This document shows positions 49,612 through 63,867 of a DNA stretch of 64,000 nt, piece by piece. The notes under the pieces are model-generated. The model had not been told where the DNA came from, searched no databases, and saw only the letters and a list, made by a program, of their open reading frames with translations. A program made the position numbers and the translations under genes. The DNA is from Malacoraja senta. Taxonomy: Eukaryota. Numbering within the stretch: the first letter of the stretch is position 1; every line of letters starts with the position of its first letter. The DNA is taken from NCBI GenBank assembly GCA_038087875.1, contig CM075992.1, positions 7,876,001 through 7,940,000 of the forward strand, in the 5' to 3' direction.

Positions 49612-50984
49612 TAGGTCTGTCAGGTCTACCCTCAACATCCAGGATTCTAGAGAAAACAGGAGAAGAGTATTTGCTTTCTGTCAAAGTACACGTTGAAATT
49701 GTTGAATCTTAGTGGATCAGCCAGCAATTTATAGGTTAAGAATTTTATAAAAAATACTTCACAAAAACTGTATCGGTAACCACAATAGTTCCAAACCTGT
49801 GTGTTTTCTGCTGGCTGAAAGATTTCTATTATATAATTTGTTCTGCCTTAATGGTCATGCACTATTTGGGAAGCCATTAACATAGCTATAATTAAATCAG
49901 ACAAGGATGAGCTCAGAATAACCATCTTAAACTAATAAACCAAGACGAACTTTGGATGAACCCTGGCCAGCACCAGGAAATCTCTTTCAATAGCATGCTT
50001 TTCTTCTGGTGGTAACGGATTAACATACCACTGTCAGTCTTAGAGGTAACTCTAGAAACTGGTTGAGTGAGCTTTCTTTCTCTGCCAGATGCCTTTACAA
50101 TTCTGTGGCCTTATGCAAAATGTGTGTTCATTGTGCCTTTGCATTTTAGGCAAGGTAACAAAATAACTTTATTCCCTCTAATGATCATTTTCTGAGCATA
50201 AATAATTCAACATGAAACACTCCAATAGAATCTTGATTATATATTATAGACAACTAAATAGTAACATTGAAAGAACTGGAAGAATAAGTTATCTCCTGTC
50301 AAGGGAAAAGAGATGGCTTACAGTAGTAACTGATAGGAGCTTGCCAAAAATAAACAGCCACCTTTGTTCTGAAACGAGTCACCCTGATTCTAGTCTCTCG
50401 ACCCAGCATAAACTACACCACTTTAAAATTTTCATTGCCCCAAAATTGTTTTAGCATGCTACATGATACAATTTCAATGAAAATTAAAACTTAAATGATA
50501 ATCAAAAAATAATTGATAATCAACAACTTTTGTTCCAGATTCTCAATGTATCTGATGCACAAACATAGAGAGAAACATGTGTGCAATGCACATCTGGACA
50601 TCATTCTAGATGTTTCATTTTGGCATATACGGCCAGACGATACAGGCCCCATCTGTCTGTTTGTGACCCCACCTCAAATCTCCAGCTCACCTATTTCTCC
50701 CCTCCGCTCTCAGTCCCCTCCGTTCCATCCAAGACTTCAACTATATCTTTGCCTGACCTGCTAATTTCCTCCAGCAGTTTGTTTTTTGCAGTAATCTGAC
50801 CAGGCTTGCCTGGCAAGAATATTGGAAGAGCTACAAATAGACAAACTTATAGAAAATTGATAATTCATATCATTGGGTGAACGACAAACTCCATCCACTA
50901 CTAAAGCACGTGAGCAATTCTAGGAATCTATCAAGGAAAAATTGTTAAGACCGCTGTGAAGTCCAGCAAGATCCTTTAAGATCA

Positions 50985-52195
50985 GGGATGATGTTTTCTC
51001 CAGTTGGGATCCTCAGAACAAGAAGTCACCGCCTCAAAATTGGGCTGCTGAGGACTGTTCAGAAGAAATTTCTTCACCCAGAGGGCAGTGGTGACCCTTT
51101 ACGATTCTCTGCCCAAGTTTAAAGGTTTTGGAGGCTCATTTGCCCTCTATATATGGTAGCATTTGATAGATTATCAAATATTAAGGGAATGGAGGGATAT
51201 GGAGCTGGTAAAAAGGTAGTACCAAAGTAAAATGTTAGCCATGAGCCTAGTTAATAAAGAAGTGGCCACAAGAAGCTGAACTTCAGCTTCTAGTTATTAT
51301 GGTTTGATATCATTCACTATTTCGTTTTATTTACTATGTTCCTCAGTTTCTTGCCCGACAGATAACTCACGCCATTTCTTCATGATGAGGAGTTTACACC
51401 AGGTATGTGTGAAGTGTTGATTTGGGAGATTGAGTGTAAAGGAATAGTTTACAGTTGTTACTGGCAGGATGCTTGACAGCATTGATGTACAGAGGGATTT
51501 TGAGGATCAAGTCATATGTCCCTGAAAGTAGCAATGCAAGTAGACAGTGCTGAAGTAGGTGTATGGTTTGCTTGCCTTCATTGAATGGGCAATTGAGTAC
51601 AACAATTAGGTCAGGGAACATTGAGTACAAAAGTCAGCAAGGCATGTTGCAGTTTTCTAAAACTCTGGTTAATCCACAATTGGCATAGTGTATGCAGTTC
51701 TGCTTGCCCCATTACAGGAATGATGTGGAGGTGTTGGAGAAAGTGCAGAAGAGCTTTACCAGGATACTGCCTGGATCAGAGTATTACCTATAGAGGTAGA
51801 ACAAATTTGGATCGTTTTCTCTGGAGAATTGGAGGCTGAAGGAAGACCTGATAGAGGTTGAAGTTGATAGAATGCTGAGAGGCATAGATAGTGTTGACAG
51901 TCAAACGTTTTATCCTAGAATGGAAAATTGTCAAATGTGAGAGGCCACAGTTTTAAGGTCAAAGTTCAAAGGAGATGTGCAGTAGTAGGTGCTTGGAACA
52001 TGCTACCAAGAATGTGGTAGAAGCAGAAACAATGGTGGCATTTAGGATGTTTTTAGATAAGCACAATGAATTTGTAGGGAACGGAGGGATATGGATCATG
52101 TGCAGGCAGAAGGGATTAGTTTAATTTGGTATCATTTTCAACACTGGCATCGTGAGCTGTAGAACCTGTTCCTATATTCTATTCTATGTTCTATG
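50985..52195 (+). mobile_element. Two old CR1 3' fragments
   Basis: agaagaaatttcttcacccagaggg..., then ...gtgtatgcagttctg...ggaggctgaaggaagacctgatagagg... with tail ttctatgttctatg. Confidence 0.75.
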
Positions 52196-52749
52196 AATGG
52201 CATTTTATCACTACGACTCCTGTAGAGTAATCCAAGCAGCAGAATCATTGCTTCAACATAACAATGGTAGCTTGCTAAAACTGATTCAATGTATCAGCAT
52301 GGCTCATTGTTTGCATCGGCAGGGAACGAAAGCCATCTACTTGATGGTACCACCAACCCTGCCAGCACAAATATAGTGCTATTACGTAAATTAGTTACTA
52401 TTCCATCCTTCAGTAATGTGTTCACCTCTTATCCTGTCAAATGCCATCTTTTTGATTATGCTTAAGAAATTTCCACTTTGTTAATTTCTAAATTTGCAAT
52501 TATACCTCAATGCTATTGCCCATTTAGAATTTAGAGAACTTCCCCATTTCAAAATTTCAATTTGATATTAAAATATTACCAGAATTAGAAATTTCTGTGC
52601 ACTTAGATTAGCCAATTGCCGAACAGGCTAAGAAATGCCTTTATAATCCATCTCTTAATTCTCTCCATTTGAAATCAACTTGTACGCATTTTAAACCTGG
52701 TCTTTAAATGCAATATACTACCTGTTACAGATATCACCTCTTTCTCTGG

Positions 52750-53125
52750 AGACACGCAAGAAGTTTATAAAATTACAAGAGGCATTGATGGGGCAGATAG
52801 AGTCTTTTTCCCCAGGGCAGAAGTATCAAATACTAGAGGGTATAGATTTTACAGTGAGAGGAAGAAAGCTTAAAGGAGATGCACGGGGAAATATTTTTTA
52901 TATAGAGTGATAGATGCCAGCAATCCACTGTCATGGGTGGTAGTTGAAGCAGACATGTTAGTGGCATTTAGGAGGCAATTAGACCGGCACACAAACATAC
53001 AGAGAATGAAAGGATATGGATCATGTCCAGGCAGATGGGATCCGTTTAATTTGGCATCATGATCGGCTCAAACGTCATGGGCCAAAGGGCCTGTTCCTAA
53101 GCTATACCGTCCCTCTGTTCCATGC
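52750..53125 (+). mobile_element. Old CR1 3' fragment
   Basis: tactagagggtatagattt...gggccaaagggcctgttcc tail. Confidence 0.75.
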
Positions 53126-54394
53126 ATGTTCTTTTCCTGGGCTCTATTTGTCTACGTTACAGGAATAAACTGAATATTATTTTCAATTAATGCTAAAATG
53201 TACAAGGTACTGTATGATGCCCAAGAAGGTTAAAATATAAAATAGAACACAAAACCTGGAAGAAACAAATGTAGGCATGTGATATTAAAAACTAGCAACA
53301 GATTCAAACGATGGGCCAATAAATTAAAAAATATCAGGTCCTAATTGCATAAATCGGAGTTTCAAGGTTATTCAAAATTAAAAAACTACAAGACACCTAT
53401 TAAATCCAGTCTGAATCACGATCACCCACTTTCATTAAAAAAAGGAATCCCCGGTATAAATTTTGACAGAAAATTGACAGCACTATTGCACAACAGAGAA
53501 GTAAAACAGGCAGTTTTGAGACAGCAGATGCACTTAACTTTTTTATTATTTAGACACATAACCAGAAACATACTACATTTCTTAGCACAAATATACAAAA
53601 TGGCGAAACAAATGTGGGATAGCACACAACCCAGGGTAAATCTTTACTCTTAGACATGCAGCAAGGGTTTTAATCGGTACTGTCATTTCAGGAAACTCAG
53701 AAACAGTGAAAATTCCAATTTTGAGCACTTAACATCTCACCTGATGCATTACATTATCACCTAAACTTAAAATTAATGAAATGTTGAGCTATTTCAAACA
53801 GTGTAACAACAAATTAACCCAAAACTCAGTGAATGGTTAAAACAATTTATTTATCTTCTCAAAGCAGCCAATTAAATTTTAAAACTTGCTTGTTACATGG
53901 TTTTCTAGTCAATTTAATCAGTGGGTGCACGCTATCTGCAGATGATTTTTTGTGTACGTAAGCCCATACCTTAAGAAATATTCCCAGCGCAAACGAAAAC
54001 ACAAGATAGAATAAAATTTAACTTTTTTTAAAATTTAGTTTAAAATCATTATGTGGCATGATAAATTATTAGTTCTCAGTAAATTATTCTGCGGATATGA
54101 TTCAGTGATATTTTTAAAATTCTATTTAAGGAAGCCAATTCTTTGCTGAAATAATGCAGTCTCATATAAAAATGTTAAGGTTTTCACTTTGGTGTCCCAG
54201 AGTTTAATTTCAGTATCTAAACAATCTGGTACTATACAAGGTTAACAGCTCCCAGTTCTAGAAATATTATTTATAAAAATGCAAGGGTTCCAAATATAGT
54301 AACCTAGTTGTTTGGATGTTTAAAAAAAAAAATACAAAAATGAAAATAATCCATTAAAGTAATGGATAATACATTTAAAGTGCATCGTTTCACC

Positions 54395-54693
54395 TCCAGA
54401 ACAAGGGGTCACAGTTTAAGGACATGGGGGAAGTCTTTTAGGACTGAGATGAGAAAATATTTTTTTACACAGAGAGTGGTGAATCTGTGGAATTCTCTGC
54501 CACAGAAGGTAGTTGAGGCCAGTTCATTGGCTATATTTAAGAGGGAGTTAGATGTGGCCCTTGTGGATAAAGGGATCAGGGGGTATGGAGAGAAGGCAGG
54601 TACAGGATACCGAGTTGGATGATCAGCCATGATCATATTGAATGGCCGAAGGGCCGAATGGCCAACTCCTGCACCTATTTTCTATGTTTCTAT
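54395..54693 (+). mobile_element. Young CR1 3' stub
   Basis: SRTRGHSLR...FFTQRVVNLWNSLPQ...GIRGYGEKAGTGY, then ttctatgtttctat. Confidence 0.92.
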
Positions 54694-54707
54694 CAATTTG
54701 CAAGTGG

Positions 54708-54930
54708 ACACGAGACTGTAGACAAAATTTTGAGCCAAAAACAATATGCTGGAGAAAATTAGCAGATCAGACAGCATCTGTGGAGAGAGATGGACAGTCA
54801 TGTTTTTGGTCAATATCCAACGATGGACTGAAAGTCTCATGGAAGAGGTCCGGGAGTAGAGTCTCAACCCAAAACATTGACTGTCCACGTCCCACAACAA
54901 ATCCTCTTGGTTCTGCCAGAAGATTGTTTT
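54708..54930. mobile_element. Old Penelope-like fold-back insertion
   Basis: Inverted tail (atgctggag...cagcatctgtggag...ggacagtca) followed by sense agagtctcaacccaaaacattgactgtcc. Confidence 0.55.
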
Positions 54931-56454
54931 TAACAATCACTTTGCAAGTTCAATCCAATTGAGTAATTATCATGCAAGACAAAAACTAGATTGTCTAATA
55001 TTTACTCATGTTTACTTTCCCTTTTTCTAATTAAGTAATTGCCTAAATTTACATTATTTGGCCTGTTAATTAGATCTTATCACAAGAATTTCAGCTGTAG
55101 TTCTCTACATATATAGTATCTTTAGCAGCCACTCAACACTTCCAGAGCATTAATTTCCTAATCATTACTGTTCCTGTGACTTCACGAATGTCCCCCATCA
55201 ATTTCCACTTCACCTTTGTTTCAAGGGATTCCTAATCCCAATTTACAAGACATTTCAGCCATAGACAACTGTGGCACCAAGGAGTAAAGAAGTCCTCCAG
55301 CTATTATATGGTACTTTTTAGGACCATGTTTTCTAGTCTACAATAGACAATGAGAAAAATCAGGCAGAAAATGCAGGGTTCTCCATTCCACACTTATACT
55401 CTTGACGTTCCTTAGCTCCATCGCTACAGATTCCACATCATTGTTCTCAGAGCTAATATCCTTCATCACTATTGCATTACTTCCCCCTTTTCAATCATCA
55501 GCACTCATTCTTTCCAATTTTACATATTTTTCCTGAAAATCCAGTTCACCTGGATGTCAGATCCCATCCCCTGCCAGGTTCCCGAAATTGCCCCTATATT
55601 GTATCTCTATGTAGTTAATTTGTCTTTGCTATTGTGAGTCCACAATCCTATTGTATCCTAATGTACTTCACACATTGATACAGAAAGACTTTAGGCTTGC
55701 TTCTTTAACATTCTTGGTCTTCTTAGCATTATTTTGGCCCACTTGCGTCTCATCCCAATCTCTCTACCATCAACTCCCATCTTCTAGCTTACTGTCTTTC
55801 ATTTCAAAACTTGTTTCCTCCTCTTCAGTTGCTCCACTCAAGCTCTCATTCCCCATGCTAGTTTAAAGTCCCCAAATGCACTATCAAGCAGGCGAGGACA
55901 CTTCTTCTGGTCCTGCCTATATGTCCCACTTATAGGTCACATTTTCCCAAGAAATGGCCCCAACATCCCAGGAATTTAAATCCTTCCCTCCTGCATCACC
56001 TTTTCAGCCATGTGCTCATCTCACCTATTCTCCTGTTCTACATTACCTGCATTTTAATTTACCTCCAAAATCTAAGTATATCATCACATTCCTTATTCCT
56101 TTTCCCCCCATATCATCCAGTTATGGTACCAACATATATCACAACTGCTGATTATTCACTCTCACCGTGCACACCCCCACTCTCTGGTCATTCCTCATCT
56201 TGATATCACCGTGCTACTATACCTTGCCAGAGAGAGAAATGTCTGTCGGCTCCCAATCTTTTTTCTTCTAACCTGTGCAGCAGTGCCATCCATGGTGCCA
56301 CATAGTTGCTTTCTCCTGGGAGTCCCATAAAGTACATACTACTGGGAAAGCTAAATTGCTGAATGGTGCAACCATTTCAACTCAACCACACTCCGCTACT
56401 CTTTTCTGGGATACTGCCATTCAGAAACTTTTTGGTATTAAACAAGCATCTATG

Positions 56455-56795
56455 ATCGACAGAGTCATGGAAATATGCACAAGTTTATTTCTCACCGACT
56501 ATCAAACCAATTTTACGCTAATCCTACTTACCTCATTTTATCCTCCCTACATTCCTACCAACCCCCACAACTCACCACCTCTCCCAAATGTTACCACTCA
56601 CCTAGATAGCATGGACAATGTGCCATGGCCAGTTCATGGCCAACAACCTTCATATTTTTGGAATGTAGGAGAAACCAGAGCACCAAATGGAAAACCCACA
56701 GTCACAAGGAGAACATGCAGCTCCACACAGACAGCACCAGAGGTCAGGATTGAACCTGGGTCCCTTGAACTACAAGACAGCCAGCTGTGCCATTA
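56455..56795 (-). mobile_element. Old V-SINE
   Basis: ggaatgtaggagaaaccagagcacc...gtcaggattgaacctggg. Confidence 0.7.
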
Positions 56796-57433
56796 TGATA
56801 TCCTGTAATGTGGGTTTTGAACACCACCCAAACATGGATTTTGAATTCTGCATCAGTCCATTTTGGCAGTTCTAGAATCTTACCCTGGAGATGATTGTTT
56901 TGAACCTATGCGCCCAGTACTTTGGAAATCAAATCATTGCAACGATTTAAGTACAAAACCTAAAAATTGATACGCATCTTAATTTTATTTTGAATTATGA
57001 CTTCCTCAGGCATTCCAAAATAATGCTTCTCCAATATTTCAGGAAAACTACTACAATGATTTTATAAAAAGAAAGTATTTTTAATTTACTTATAATTTGT
57101 TCTACTTGCTCTTTCCACTCTTTTAGACTCAATGCACACTCCCTGATTACCTTCTGGGTGAATTAACTCTCTAGATTGTCTATAATGTAGTATTCTTTTA
57201 TCCTGTGTACCCTCTGTCAATTTATTCTCATCCGTGCTGCTTAGAATGCACCGTATCCATGTTCAACGTGTAATTGAAATTATGCATTAATACAGAGAGT
57301 ACATCTGGTTGTTTTTTTTTTAATAAAGTTTCTAAAATCGAGAATTTATCAACAATGCACACCATCATTAAAAAGTTAATAGAATACATAATTATTTGTG
57401 TGCAGATATTGATTAACATCTTGCAATACATTC

Positions 57434-57528
57434 AGAAGATAGACACAAAAAGCTGAAGTAACTCAGTGGGACAGGCAGCATCTCTGGAGAAAAGGAATGG
57501 GTGACGTTTCGGATCGAGTCCTTCTTCA
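57434..57528 (-). mobile_element. Penelope-like 3' end
   Basis: Minus tgaagaaggactcgatccgaaacgtcacccattcc...gtgtctatc. Confidence 0.85.
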
Positions 57529-58388
57529 TACACATTTCAGAATTTGCAATCATGGCTTGGAATTTAAGGAATGCAAGCAGTTCTGTACATAAGACTACAT
57601 TTCCCGATATAATTGTCAAGATGCTCAGGACTCCGGCACAATTCTGCACATTGCAAAAGTCCTGAATATCCTGATGGGCCCTCGACACTGTCACTCCAAC
57701 TGTGATCTACCATTGAACTCTTCGTGGAGTCCAGTGGTGATGTGCCAACTTCCTGCAGTTTCCCAGCAGTGACACTGGAAAATGTGCCAATTGAATCTGC
57801 GATTTCATTTCAATCGAGAACACCACTGCGAGGGAAAGAGACAAGTTTCAGTTCATTTATATTTATTTTGTTTTAATTGAGCTAATCTAAATATAATTAA
57901 TCATTTGTGTTTTCCAGTGTTTTTTTAATATAAAGAAATATTAACAACATTAAACTTATTTTTTTATGATTCCAAACGTTGCTGATTCACAAACATTCAA
58001 GCTGTTTGACAGTTTGAACAGTTGGTTTAGCCCGAGAGAGTGACTTAATCAGTTGCCAAAACCTTTGTGGATTTCATAATCAGAAGGCCTTGTCAATAAG
58101 TCCAAGATAAACATCATTCAGGAAACTCCCATCAGAAGATTCGTCCCGATTCATTCTCCGTATATACGTCAATAAAAAAAAGTTATTTCTCTCAATGCTC
58201 TATTATGAAAAGAGACCCAAATTTTAGTGCATAAAAACCAGAACTGTTTACTCCTATGATACATCCAAATTTAAACTGCCATCCAAGTGTGTGTGATCTT
58301 TAAAAAAAAACTTTGTATCAGCAGTACATTCTTAGTCCCAAGCCTGCAAAGCACAATGCTCAGCTATGTTGCAATAAAATATCATATA

Positions 58389-59718
58389 GAGTACATTCAG
58401 AAAGTATTCAGACCCCTTAACTTTTCCACATTTTGTTACGTTACAGCCTTATTCTAAAATGGATTAAATTCTTCTTTTTTTTTAAATCATCAAACTACAC
58501 ACAATACCTCATAATAAAAAAGCAAAAACAGGTGTTCAGAAATTTTTGCAAAGTAATTAAAGAGATAACTGAAATATCACATTTACATAAGTATTCAGAC
58601 CCTTTACTCAGTACTTTGTTGAGGCACCTTTGGCAGCGATTACAGCCTCAAGTCTTCTTGGGTATGACGCTATAAGCTTGGCACACCTGTATTTGGGTAA
58701 TTTCTCCCATTCTTCCCTGCAGATCCTCTCAAGCTCTGTCAGGTGTGGATGGGGAGCGTCGATGCACAGCTATTTTCAGGTCCCTCCAGGGCCATCACCA
58801 AGGCCATCACCACTGGTGATGGCCTCCTCCCCGAAGGCCATCCTCACAACATGATGCTGCCACCACCATTCTTCACCGTAGGTATGGTATTGGCCAGGTG
58901 ATGAGCGGTGCCTGGTTTCCTCCAGACGTGATGCTTGAATCTCATGGTCTGAGAGTCCTTTAGGTGCCTTTTGGCAAACTCCAAGCGGGCTGTCATGTGC
59001 CTTTTACTGAGGAGTGGCTTCCGTCTGGCCACTCTACCATAAAGGCCTAATTGGTGGAGTATTGCAGATATAGTTGCCCTTCTGGAAGTTTCTCCCATCT
59101 CCACAGATGTACTCTGGAGCTCTGTCAGAGTGACCATCGGGTTCTTAGTCACCTCCCTGACCAAGGCCCTTCTCCCCCGATTGCTTAGTTTGGCCGGGTG
59201 GCCAGCTCTGGTGGTTCCAAAGTTCTTCCATTTAAGAATGACGGAGGCCACTGTGCTCTTCGGGACCTGCAATGCTGCAGAAATTGTTTTATACCCTTCC
59301 CCAGATCTGTGTCTCGACACAATCCTGTCTAAGATCTACGGACAAATACTTTGTCTTCATGGCTTGGTTTTTCCACCGACATGCACTGTCAACTGTGGGA
59401 CCTTGTATAGATTAATTTGCCACTGGTGGACTCCAATCAAGTTGTAGAAACATCAACGATAATCAATGAAAACAGGATGCACCTCAGCTCAATTTTGAGT
59501 GTCACAGCAAAGGGTCTGAATACTTATGTAATTGTGATATTTCAGTTATTTATTTTTAATTACTTTGCAAAAATTTCTAAATACCTGTTTTCGCTTCTTC
59601 ATTCTGGGGTATTGTGTGTAGATTGATGATAAAAAAAAGAATTTAATCCATTTTAAAATAAGGCTGCAATGTAAATGCAGAAAAGGTGAAGGGGTCGGAA
59701 TACTTTCTGAATGCACTG
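58389..59718 (-). mobile_element. Internally deleted Tc1 (second IR/DR family), TA TSD
   Basis: TIRs of about 210 bp (cagtgcattcagaaagtattc.gacccctt, inner DR aagtattcagaccc). Minus ORF RHRSGEGYKTISAALQVPKSTV...ARRKPLLSKRH...TVKNGGGSIML; most of the DDE core is deleted. Confidence 0.95.
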
Positions 59719-60896
59719 TAGCTTCTGCATACACTAAAACATCAGAATTTGACACCTAAATGAAGCCTACTTTATCTGTACCTTCACCAGATACACAATC
59801 ATTGATGGAATGTCAAATCTCTTAGGAAACTTGCACAATGAACTGGCAGTTTCTCTTTCAAAGTACAAACTATTTTCATTAATAGAATGTTATATGTAAA
59901 AGAAAATCTTTAAAATGTTAATTCATGAACAATATCTGTTTAAAAACAGAATACATTTTTACAAAGTAAGACATCCATTCATTACGAGACATTTTAACTC
60001 AATGAAACATCTGTTAGGTTCCCCAATTCATGCCTCTGGCTTTTCAGAAAAAGAGAGGTTTGAAGCAGAAAATATTGATCGCGAAAACTTAACCCAGTAT
60101 TTTATGTATTATGTGAAACTGTCTCTGGGAAAATATTTGTTTTTATATTAGTAATTCTATTTCCAGGCTATGATTCTCCAGTTAACAGAAACATTTTTAA
60201 TCACAAATACTTACTGATTTACTATCATTTTTCATTAATTATATTTGATATTAATGACTATTAACCTTTCTCAAATTTGATTCATAGCATTTATACTGTT
60301 TGCGGTTTGCTTCTTTCATCAAAATCAAATTTCAGCCGATGTAAATATGTCATTTCTTATGACATTTTTCTCCCATACCATTTCAGTTCAAAATGCAACT
60401 GTATTTGGGCGTATTGGTGGGAAGGGGAAGGAGGAAAGTGGAGAATAAAAGGAACAAATTCCAATTAAATGAAAACACCAAAAAAGATTTCAATTCTCTA
60501 AATAATTTAGTGATTTGATAAGTTTTTGTAATCTTTATGAATGTAAGGAAAATTTTAGAAGACCATTGAGTATTGCATTAATTCTTGAATGCAAGGCAAC
60601 TCCAACGATCATACAGCATGGAAACAGGGCCTGTAGCCATGTCAATCGGATTTTAGAAATATAATCTTATCTATGACAATAAAATTACAATGGAAACATA
60701 GGATTTGTATGCTTCATGGTCAGCATGTACTCAGTGGGCTATTTCTATGTTGCACTATTCGATATCTTTACAAAGCCACATAATACATATACCTTATTTT
60801 TTGGTATAACAAACCAGAATGCCTCATTACCTGAAATAAATAGAATTCAGGAGATCAACCCTATATATTTTTCTACAGTCTGCAACAATACCTTTT

Positions 60897-61103
60897 GTAT
60901 CCACATCCTACACACTAGGAGCAATTTACAGAGGCCAATTAACCTACAAACCCACATCTTTGGAATGTGGGAGGAAACTGGAACACACAGAGAAAACCCA
61001 CATTGTCACAGGGAGAATATGCAATATCCAGAGACAGCATTCAAGGTTAGGATCGAACCAGGTTTCTGCTGCTGTGAGGCAGCAGCTCTACCAATTGCAC
61101 CAC
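60897..61103 (-). mobile_element. V-SINE 5' part
   Basis: ggaatgtgggaggaaactgg...ggatcgaaccagg...gcagctctacc. Confidence 0.8.
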
Positions 61104-62479
61104 TCTAAACCTCAATTTTTAATTTTAAGCACTAAGCTAGTGTTGAAACAATACCACTACAGCATCCTCCAACGTCCAGTGAAGTTATTTCCCTATCTTT
61201 GTTCTTCCATTTCCTCTCCCCCACTCCTATCTCAAGCATATCCACAAATGCACCAAACACACAGAACTGAAAGTGTTTTTTGTAATGACTAAATATAACA
61301 AAAATAAGTCCATTCAAAATTAGAGGTTACTGTGAATGACAAAGAACAATGAATAGCTGTTTTCAAGTTTGTACTTTCAAACAGCAAAAACCATTCACAG
61401 ATCAGATACTATCTGCTGCAAATGCTTGTTGCATTTAATAACTACCCGTATCAAATAATGTGAATATGTAAAGCAAAAACATTTTAAATTCTATTTGATA
61501 GACCAATTATTCCAATTATCATTTATTCCACCAAATTTCTAAAATTAGATAGCAAAACCAACCAGTTGAAAACAGATAGAACCAACCATGAATGCTAATG
61601 TTCTTTCTCATAAACCAAAGATCATCCTTTTGTGACTGGACCTACAGTGTAATACCACTTACTTACAATGCTTAATTGAAAAGCTGCTTATCTGAAAGAA
61701 CCATACAATGTATTCAGTCGATAGTCTGCATTTCCCCCCAAATAACATTAATGAACAAAATACTATACAACATTTCCAAAGTGCTGACATCAAGCTACTT
61801 TGTCAAAAGATACGTGCTTATATTCTAACTTGACTAGAAAAGACAATCAGCAACCAAAAAACCGATTCATTCATGGAATACAAATAGCTAAAGGGGTAGA
61901 CATACAAGTTTTTTTTTAACGTCTTATTTGCCAATGGCAAACTATCACAGGAATGTAAAATGTATCACACTATATGCATAATGAAAGATCAATATAAAAA
62001 TGGCAGTCTGGTATTATCAGCAAAACATTTCTGTCATTCATTCCCATCAACTTGTAGTCTGGAGAATGCTGTTTGTATTATCCAAGCAACACATTTTCAC
62101 AACTTGCATTTTGTATTCTTCGCTGCTCCTCTCTCCTGAAAGCAATAACCCATGACGTGGTAATCAATGCAATAAAGAAAACTGAAACATTTGCAAAAGT
62201 CTTCAGCCAGAATTGCCAAATAGATGATCCATCTCAGCCTCCTCCAGTGGTCCCTAGTATGATAGATACCAGTCTTCAGCCAATTCGATTCACGACATAT
62301 CACAAAATGGCTAAAGGCACTGGGTAGAGCAAACGTTATGGACCCTGACAACATTCTAGCAATAATACTGAAGACTTGTACTCCAGAACTTACTTTGCCC
62401 TAAGCCAAACTGTTCTAATACATCAACAACACTGGCATTTACCTGACAATGTGGAAAATTGCTCATGTATCCACATAGT

Positions 62480-62985
62480 CAGAAACATATAGCACAAAAC
62501 ACGGAAAAAGGCCCTTCGGCCCAACAAGTCCATGCTGACTAAGATGCCCTATCTAAGCTACACCCATTTGTCCACATTATGATTCTATTATTCCAAGCCT
62601 TTCCTATCAATGTATCTGTCCAAATGACTTTTAAATGTTGTTCTTGAACCTGCTTCAACTATTTCCTCTGGCAACTCGCTCCATCTACCCACCACACTGC
62701 ATGTGAAAAATCTGCCTCTCAGGTTCTTATTAAATCTTTCCCTTCTCACCTTAAACCATTGCCATTGCATTATTGATCCCCCTACGGGAGTGAAAAAACT
62801 GTGCATTCATCATTTCTATCCCCCTCATAATTTTATACACTTCCACAAGATCATCCTTCAGCCTTCCTGTGCTCCAAGGAATAAAGTCCTTTCCTGCCCA
62901 ACCTCTCCCTATAACACAGACTCTCGAGTCCTGGCAAAATGTTCACATTTTCTCTGCATTCTTTCCAGCTGAATGGCATCTTCCC
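62480..62985 (-). mobile_element. CR1 3' fragment
   Basis: FKVRRERFNKNLRGRFFT...WSELPEEIVEAG; tail aggcccttcggcccaac. Confidence 0.85.
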
Positions 62986-63657
62986 TTCGAGACAACACTG
63001 CCATTCATTATGATCATGGCTGATAATCTAAAATCAGTACCCCGTTCCTACTTTTTCCCCATTCCCTTGATTCCTTTAGCTCCAAGAGTTAAATGTAACT
63101 CTCTTGAAAACATCCAGTGTCATCTGCAAAACACAGCCAATTGCCACAAATGTAGTCTACTTTCAATAATCAAAGTGATAGAAGGGATAGTCAATAGTAC
63201 GGACATGCTGTATGTTCTTAGATCAACCTGCTCACAGGCACTCAGTTCATAACCTCCTTCGAGCCTTGGTACAAACATGGAAAAAAAGGTTGAACTCCAA
63301 AGGTGAAGCGAGAGTAATTACCCTTGACATCAAGGGGTCTTGGCCAAATTAGAGACAATGTACATCACGGGAAAACCCACTATCGGTTGGAATCATATTC
63401 AGGACAAAGAAAGACGGTTCGAGGTCAACCATTTCAACCAGAGGATATCACTGCAGTAGTTCCTCAGGGTGACGTCCCAGGCCCAACCATCTTCATCTGT
63501 GTCATCAATAACCTTCCTTCATCAGCTCAGAGATAGGGGTGTTCGCAGATCATTGAAGCACCTTATCTTCACATCCAAATTCAGCAAAACTTAAGACAAT
63601 ATCCAGGCCTGGGTTGATGGGCAGCAAGTAAAATTTGCACCTCAAGTGCCAGGTAAT

Positions 63658-63867
63658 AAGTGTGTAAGAAGAAACTGCAAATGCTGGTTTAAACCAAAGA
63701 TAGACACAAAAAGCTGGAGTAACTCAGCGGGACAGGCAGCATCTCTGGAGAGAAGGAATGGGTGACGTTTTGGGTCGAAGAAGGGTCTTGACCCGAAACG
63801 TCACCCATTCCTTCTCTCCAGAGATGCTGCCTGTCCCGCTAAGTTACTCCAGCTTTATGTGTCTATC
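63658..63867. mobile_element. Penelope-like fold-back insertion, 11-bp TSD
   Basis: Near-perfect inverted arms of about 78 bp around gaagaagggtcttgacccgaaacgtc. TSD tgccaggtaat at 63647-63657 and 63868-63878. Confidence 0.92.
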
